In this document: in pieces, positions 61,356 through 64,000 of the stretch
How positions within the stretch are numbered: the stretch's first letter is position 1
Layout of the letters: each line of letters begins with the position of its first letter
Source: an uncultured Syntrophus sp.
Lineage (GTDB): Bacteria > Desulfobacterota > Syntrophia > Syntrophales > UBA5619
Assembly: GCA_964552725.1 (NCBI GenBank)
Contig: CAZKHU010000001.1
Location: 2,941 to 66,940, forward strand
Reading direction: 5' to 3'
Length of the DNA: 64,000 nt
Notes under the pieces: generated by a model
The model's database searches: none
What the model saw: the letters and a program-made list of their open reading frames with translations, nothing else
What the model was told of the DNA's origin: nothing
Translations under genes and position numbers: made by a program

Positions 61356-62293
61356 TAACCCTCCTTCATTTCAGGGCAAGCAACTAACAGGGAAAGGCCT
61401 CCAAAAAACGCTTGAGCGCCCTCCAGCCGGTACAGTGCATGGGAACGATCACCTTGGGGGGCCACTTCCACAAGCGCGGAAACAGTCTCCTCGATAATGG
61501 GCTCAAAGAAGGATCCGGTAAGATGGAATCCGCCGAGAATCGCATACACTTGCTCCATGCCGGCGATTTTCCTCGAATAGAGCACCGTATTGACAATCCC
61601 TGAATGAGCGCATCCCGATATTATCACCAGCCCCTTTCCTTTCAGACAGACAACAAGAGCCTGATCATCACGGATAGGGTCCGGCGCCAATTCATCGCCT
61701 TGCCCGATCCTTGCAATCGGGAATCCCCTCTCAAAACCTGTTTTCCGTTCTACCTCGCCCGTCACCAGAATCGTGCCGCCTGCTAAAGATACAGGCGTTG
61801 GGGATTCCCAAATTTCGGCGCCTCGCCTCAGCAGCTCTTCTCTGACCAGTGTATCAGGAAAGCGCTCTTTTCTCCCGTCCGGCCATTTCAGAAAACGCGG
61901 GGCAAGAAAGACCCCGGGATGAACCACGAGGGGAACCGCCCAGGAAAGCTTTTCCATGAGGGGATAAAGGGCGCCGGTATGATCCATGTGCGCCTGACTC
62001 AGGACAATCGCCTCAACTAGGCCGATGTCTATCCCCAGCATCTTCATGTTGTGGAGAACGCCTGTTGCATTGTAACCGGTGTCGAAGATTATGCTGTGGG
62101 ACTCTTCCCCCCGGAAATTTCTAACGAGCATCGACAGTCCATGCTCGGCGACAAGCGAATCTCTTGGAATCTCGGCGCCGCTTCGCAAGACGGGGCGGAC
62201 GACAAGATCATTGCTCCCCAGCAATAAATCGACATAATTATCCATCAGGACAGTTATCTCAACTCGCTCTGCCGGTTGGATTGTTGAAGACAT
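61355..62293 (-). CDS. MBL-fold metallo-hydrolase with an apparent +1 frameshift near its 3' end (possible pseudogene or sequencing error)
   Basis: HxHxDH-type motif SQAHMDHTG and GGFHL. The conserved C-terminal ...VIVPMHCTGWRA... is encoded in another frame (track ORF 61384..61596). The switch maps to the G6 run at 61456-61461. Confidence 0.7.
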   Translation of the reverse strand: MSSTIQPAERVEITVLMDNYVDLLLGSNDLVVRPVLRSGAEIPRDSLVAEHGLSMLVRNFRGEESHSIIFDTGYNATGVLHNMKMLGIDIGLVEAIVLSQAHMDHTGALYPLMEKLSWAVPLVVHPGVFLAPRFLKWPDGRKERFPDTLVREELLRRGAEIWESPTPVSLAGGTILVTGEVERKTGFERGFPIARIGQGDELAPDPIRDDQALVVCLKGKGLVIISGCAHSGIVNTVLYSRKIAGMEQVYAILGGFHLTGSFFEPIIEETVSALVEVAPQGDRSHALYRLEGAQAFFGGLSLLVACPEMKEG

Positions 62294-62494
62294 TAAATGC
62301 GCTTCCTATAGTTCAAAATCCATGCCTCACACGCCCCTTCATGTCGTCTTCAATCATCAATCAACGGCTAAAGTTGCATCCATGCTAACCACTCTCGAAA
62401 ACACACAAGAGCAGTCGCCCTGTAACAAATAAACCTTTCATCATGATGTATCTTAAAATCGCGGGCACCCTGTGAAAACTGCCAACAATTGTAG

Positions 62495-63340
62495 CTATTT
62501 AGCCAGATATCCTCCGTCGACAGCGACAATGCTTCCCGTCATATAACTTGACGCGCCCGATGCCAGCAGCAGAGCCACCCCGACAATCTCGGAAGTTTTC
62601 CCGAACCGCCTGAGCGGTATCTGTTTTATCAGGCCCTTATAAACCCTTTCCGAAGCCCTCAATCCCTCAGACAAAGCCGTTTCTATGTAGTGAAGGGCGA
62701 TGGCGTTGATGCGGATATTGTGCCGAGCCCATTCAAGGGCGAGGCTCTTCGTCAGGAGTATCACCCCCGCTTTTGAGGCGCAGTAGGCGGGTGCGCGGGT
62801 TACGCCGGTTATCCCGGCGGTGGTTGCAATGTTGACTATGCTGCCCCCGCCGCCCTTTATCATCTCTTTGCCAATGTACCTGCAGCACAGAAATGTTCCG
62901 CGCAGATTGACGGCAACCACCTTATCCCACGCTTCGACGGATAAGTCCTCCGTCGGCGTGAAATCAAGCGGGGCAATTCCCGCATTGTTTACCAGCACAT
63001 CGATCTTTCCGTATTCGTCCATTGCCTGCCGCGCGGCATTCTCCACGGCTTTCTCGTCGGATATGTCCGCTTTTATTGCAATGCATCGCGCCCCCAAAGC
63101 TTCGGCCTGTCTTATAGTTTCTTCTGCGGCAACCAGATCGACAATAACCAGAGACGCCCCGTTCTGCGCAAACGTCAAGGCAATGTCTTTTCCAAGTCCC
63201 TGAGCGCCCCCCGTCACCAAGGCCACCCGGCCATCAAGTCTGAACAGTTCCGATGCATCCACGCTTATGTTCTCTATGCCTTTCTTATTGAACACATCAA
63301 TGATTTCATATCCGGGTAACCCATAATGGGCTCCAGACAA
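62495..63340 (-). CDS. SDR-family oxidoreductase
   Basis: TGGAQGLG, NNAG and YCASK motifs. An alternative GTG start at 63262 would remove the 67-bp overlap with the upstream gene. Confidence 0.85.
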   Translation of the reverse strand: MSGAHYGLPGYEIIDVFNKKGIENISVDASELFRLDGRVALVTGGAQGLGKDIALTFAQNGASLVIVDLVAAEETIRQAEALGARCIAIKADISDEKAVENAARQAMDEYGKIDVLVNNAGIAPLDFTPTEDLSVEAWDKVVAVNLRGTFLCCRYIGKEMIKGGGGSIVNIATTAGITGVTRAPAYCASKAGVILLTKSLALEWARHNIRINAIALHYIETALSEGLRASERVYKGLIKQIPLRRFGKTSEIVGVALLLASGASSYMTGSIVAVDGGYLAK

Positions 63341-64000
63341 TTAACATCCGTAAGCAGATTGACATTTGCCTTCCCGGTCCAGCCGTGCGGCGCCAGCACC
63401 ACGCCCTCCGCCACCCTTTCGTCCACCCGGGCTTTCATTGTCACTTCCCCCCGATTCGTCTCAACAACAACGCCATCGCCATCTTTGACCCCATATTTCT
63501 GCGCTGTCAAAGGACCTACCTCGAGAAAAGGCTCCGGGCTCTTTTCATGCAGCTCCGCAATCCCCCGATACTGGCTATGCGTGTAATAATTACTTCTCAT
63601 CCCGGTTGATAAAATCAAGGGATATTTATCCAGGAAGTCCCTGGAACTTTTCACTGGACTTCTCGCCGGCTCCAGATAAGTAGGCAGCGGGTCGAACCCA
63701 ACCTTCTCCAAAGCTTCGCTGTATATTTCAATTTTTTTCGAGGGAGTCGAAAACTGGCCTTTGGACATGCCATACTGCTTCTGTTGATAATAATCGCCTT
63801 CGGGCTTTTCATTGAGGAGATAGTCAAAGGAAAGACCTGTCGGAGCAAGTTCAAACGCCACAAGCTCTTCTTCCGTTTTCCAGGGGAAAAATTCGCTCAA
63901 CCCCAGCCTTTTGGCAAGCTCCGTCAGAAGCTTCCACTCCGACCAGCTCTCATAAAACGGCTCGATGCATTTTTTACGCAGCATCAGGAAGGGCAGGCAG
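63274..64000 (-). CDS. molybdopterin/tungstopterin (bis-PGD, DMSO-reductase family) oxidoreductase, C-terminal part (5' end outside window)
   Basis: The frame is open to the window edge. The C-terminal molybdopterin-dinucleotide-binding barrel is present (GDGVVVETNRGEVTMKARVDERVAEGVVLAPHGW), and KIEIYSEALEKVGFDPLPTYLEP is typical of this family. Confidence 0.8.
   Translation of the reverse strand, partial: CLPFLMLRKKCIEPFYESWSEWKLLTELAKRLGLSEFFPWKTEEELVAFELAPTGLSFDYLLNEKPEGDYYQQKQYGMSKGQFSTPSKKIEIYSEALEKVGFDPLPTYLEPARSPVKSSRDFLDKYPLILSTGMRSNYYTHSQYRGIAELHEKSPEPFLEVGPLTAQKYGVKDGDGVVVETNRGEVTMKARVDERVAEGVVLAPHGWTGKANVNLLTDVNCLEPIMGYPDMKSLMCSIRKA

Noticed and set aside
62312-62326. Sigma-54-like element upstream of the MBL gene (minus-sense AGGCATGGATTTTGAA)
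   Set aside because: The GG-N10 spacing is right, but the invariant -12 GC is GA and the -24 box is imperfect. The implied transcription start would also fall inside the SD, leaving no leader.

Overview
The window is a densely coded chromosomal segment of moderate-to-high GC. It most likely comes from an anaerobic, Syntrophus/Geobacter-like deltaproteobacterium. That placement is an inference from gene content: a benzoyl-CoA lower-pathway cluster, multi-subunit 2-oxoacid:ferredoxin oxidoreductase, NuoEF-type FeS flavoproteins, sigma-54 activators and Gram-negative envelope genes. All calls rest on motifs and synteny read from the translations; no database search was possible.

About two thirds of the window is housekeeping:
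- gap
- thiC-thiE behind a TPP riboswitch
- tRNA-Ser, SRP RNA, dnaX, ybaB, recR
- rpsT, lptE, leuS
- nusB, ribH, ribBA, ribE, nrdR
- dCMP deaminase, glyA, rpiB
- fabF, acpP, fabD, rpmF, yceD, truA

The less ordinary parts are:
1. A seven-gene minus-strand operon joins a four-subunit 2-oxoacid:ferredoxin oxidoreductase to a NuoE/NuoF/HydA-N-terminal-like flavin/FeS module that has no hydrogenase or formate dehydrogenase catalytic subunit (15.4-21.6 kb).
2. A minus-strand gene array (50.9-64 kb) is probably split into several transcription units by 200-480 bp gaps. In order it holds a Mo/W-pterin enzyme, SDR, MBL-fold protein, acyl-CoA ligase, a sigma-54/GAF activator, ferredoxin, FAD oxidoreductase, SDR, had, bamA(oah) and a crotonase.
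3. A plus-strand cluster of poorly characterised proteins (7.5-13.1 kb) holds DUF116, an HI0933-like flavoprotein, a DUF362 FeS protein, a cupin and an orphan ACD-alpha-like CoA-binding protein.
4. Four independent gene lesions or remnants are present: a HAD with an internal deletion, an ABC-2 permease tail, a DctM tail carrying a 13-bp duplication, and an MBL gene frameshifted in a G6 run.

I found no CRISPR array, transposase, integrase, phage gene or recognisable defence system. Many long ORFs in the six-frame track are antisense artefacts of GC-rich codon usage. Several track starts were moved to downstream starts with Shine-Dalgarno support.
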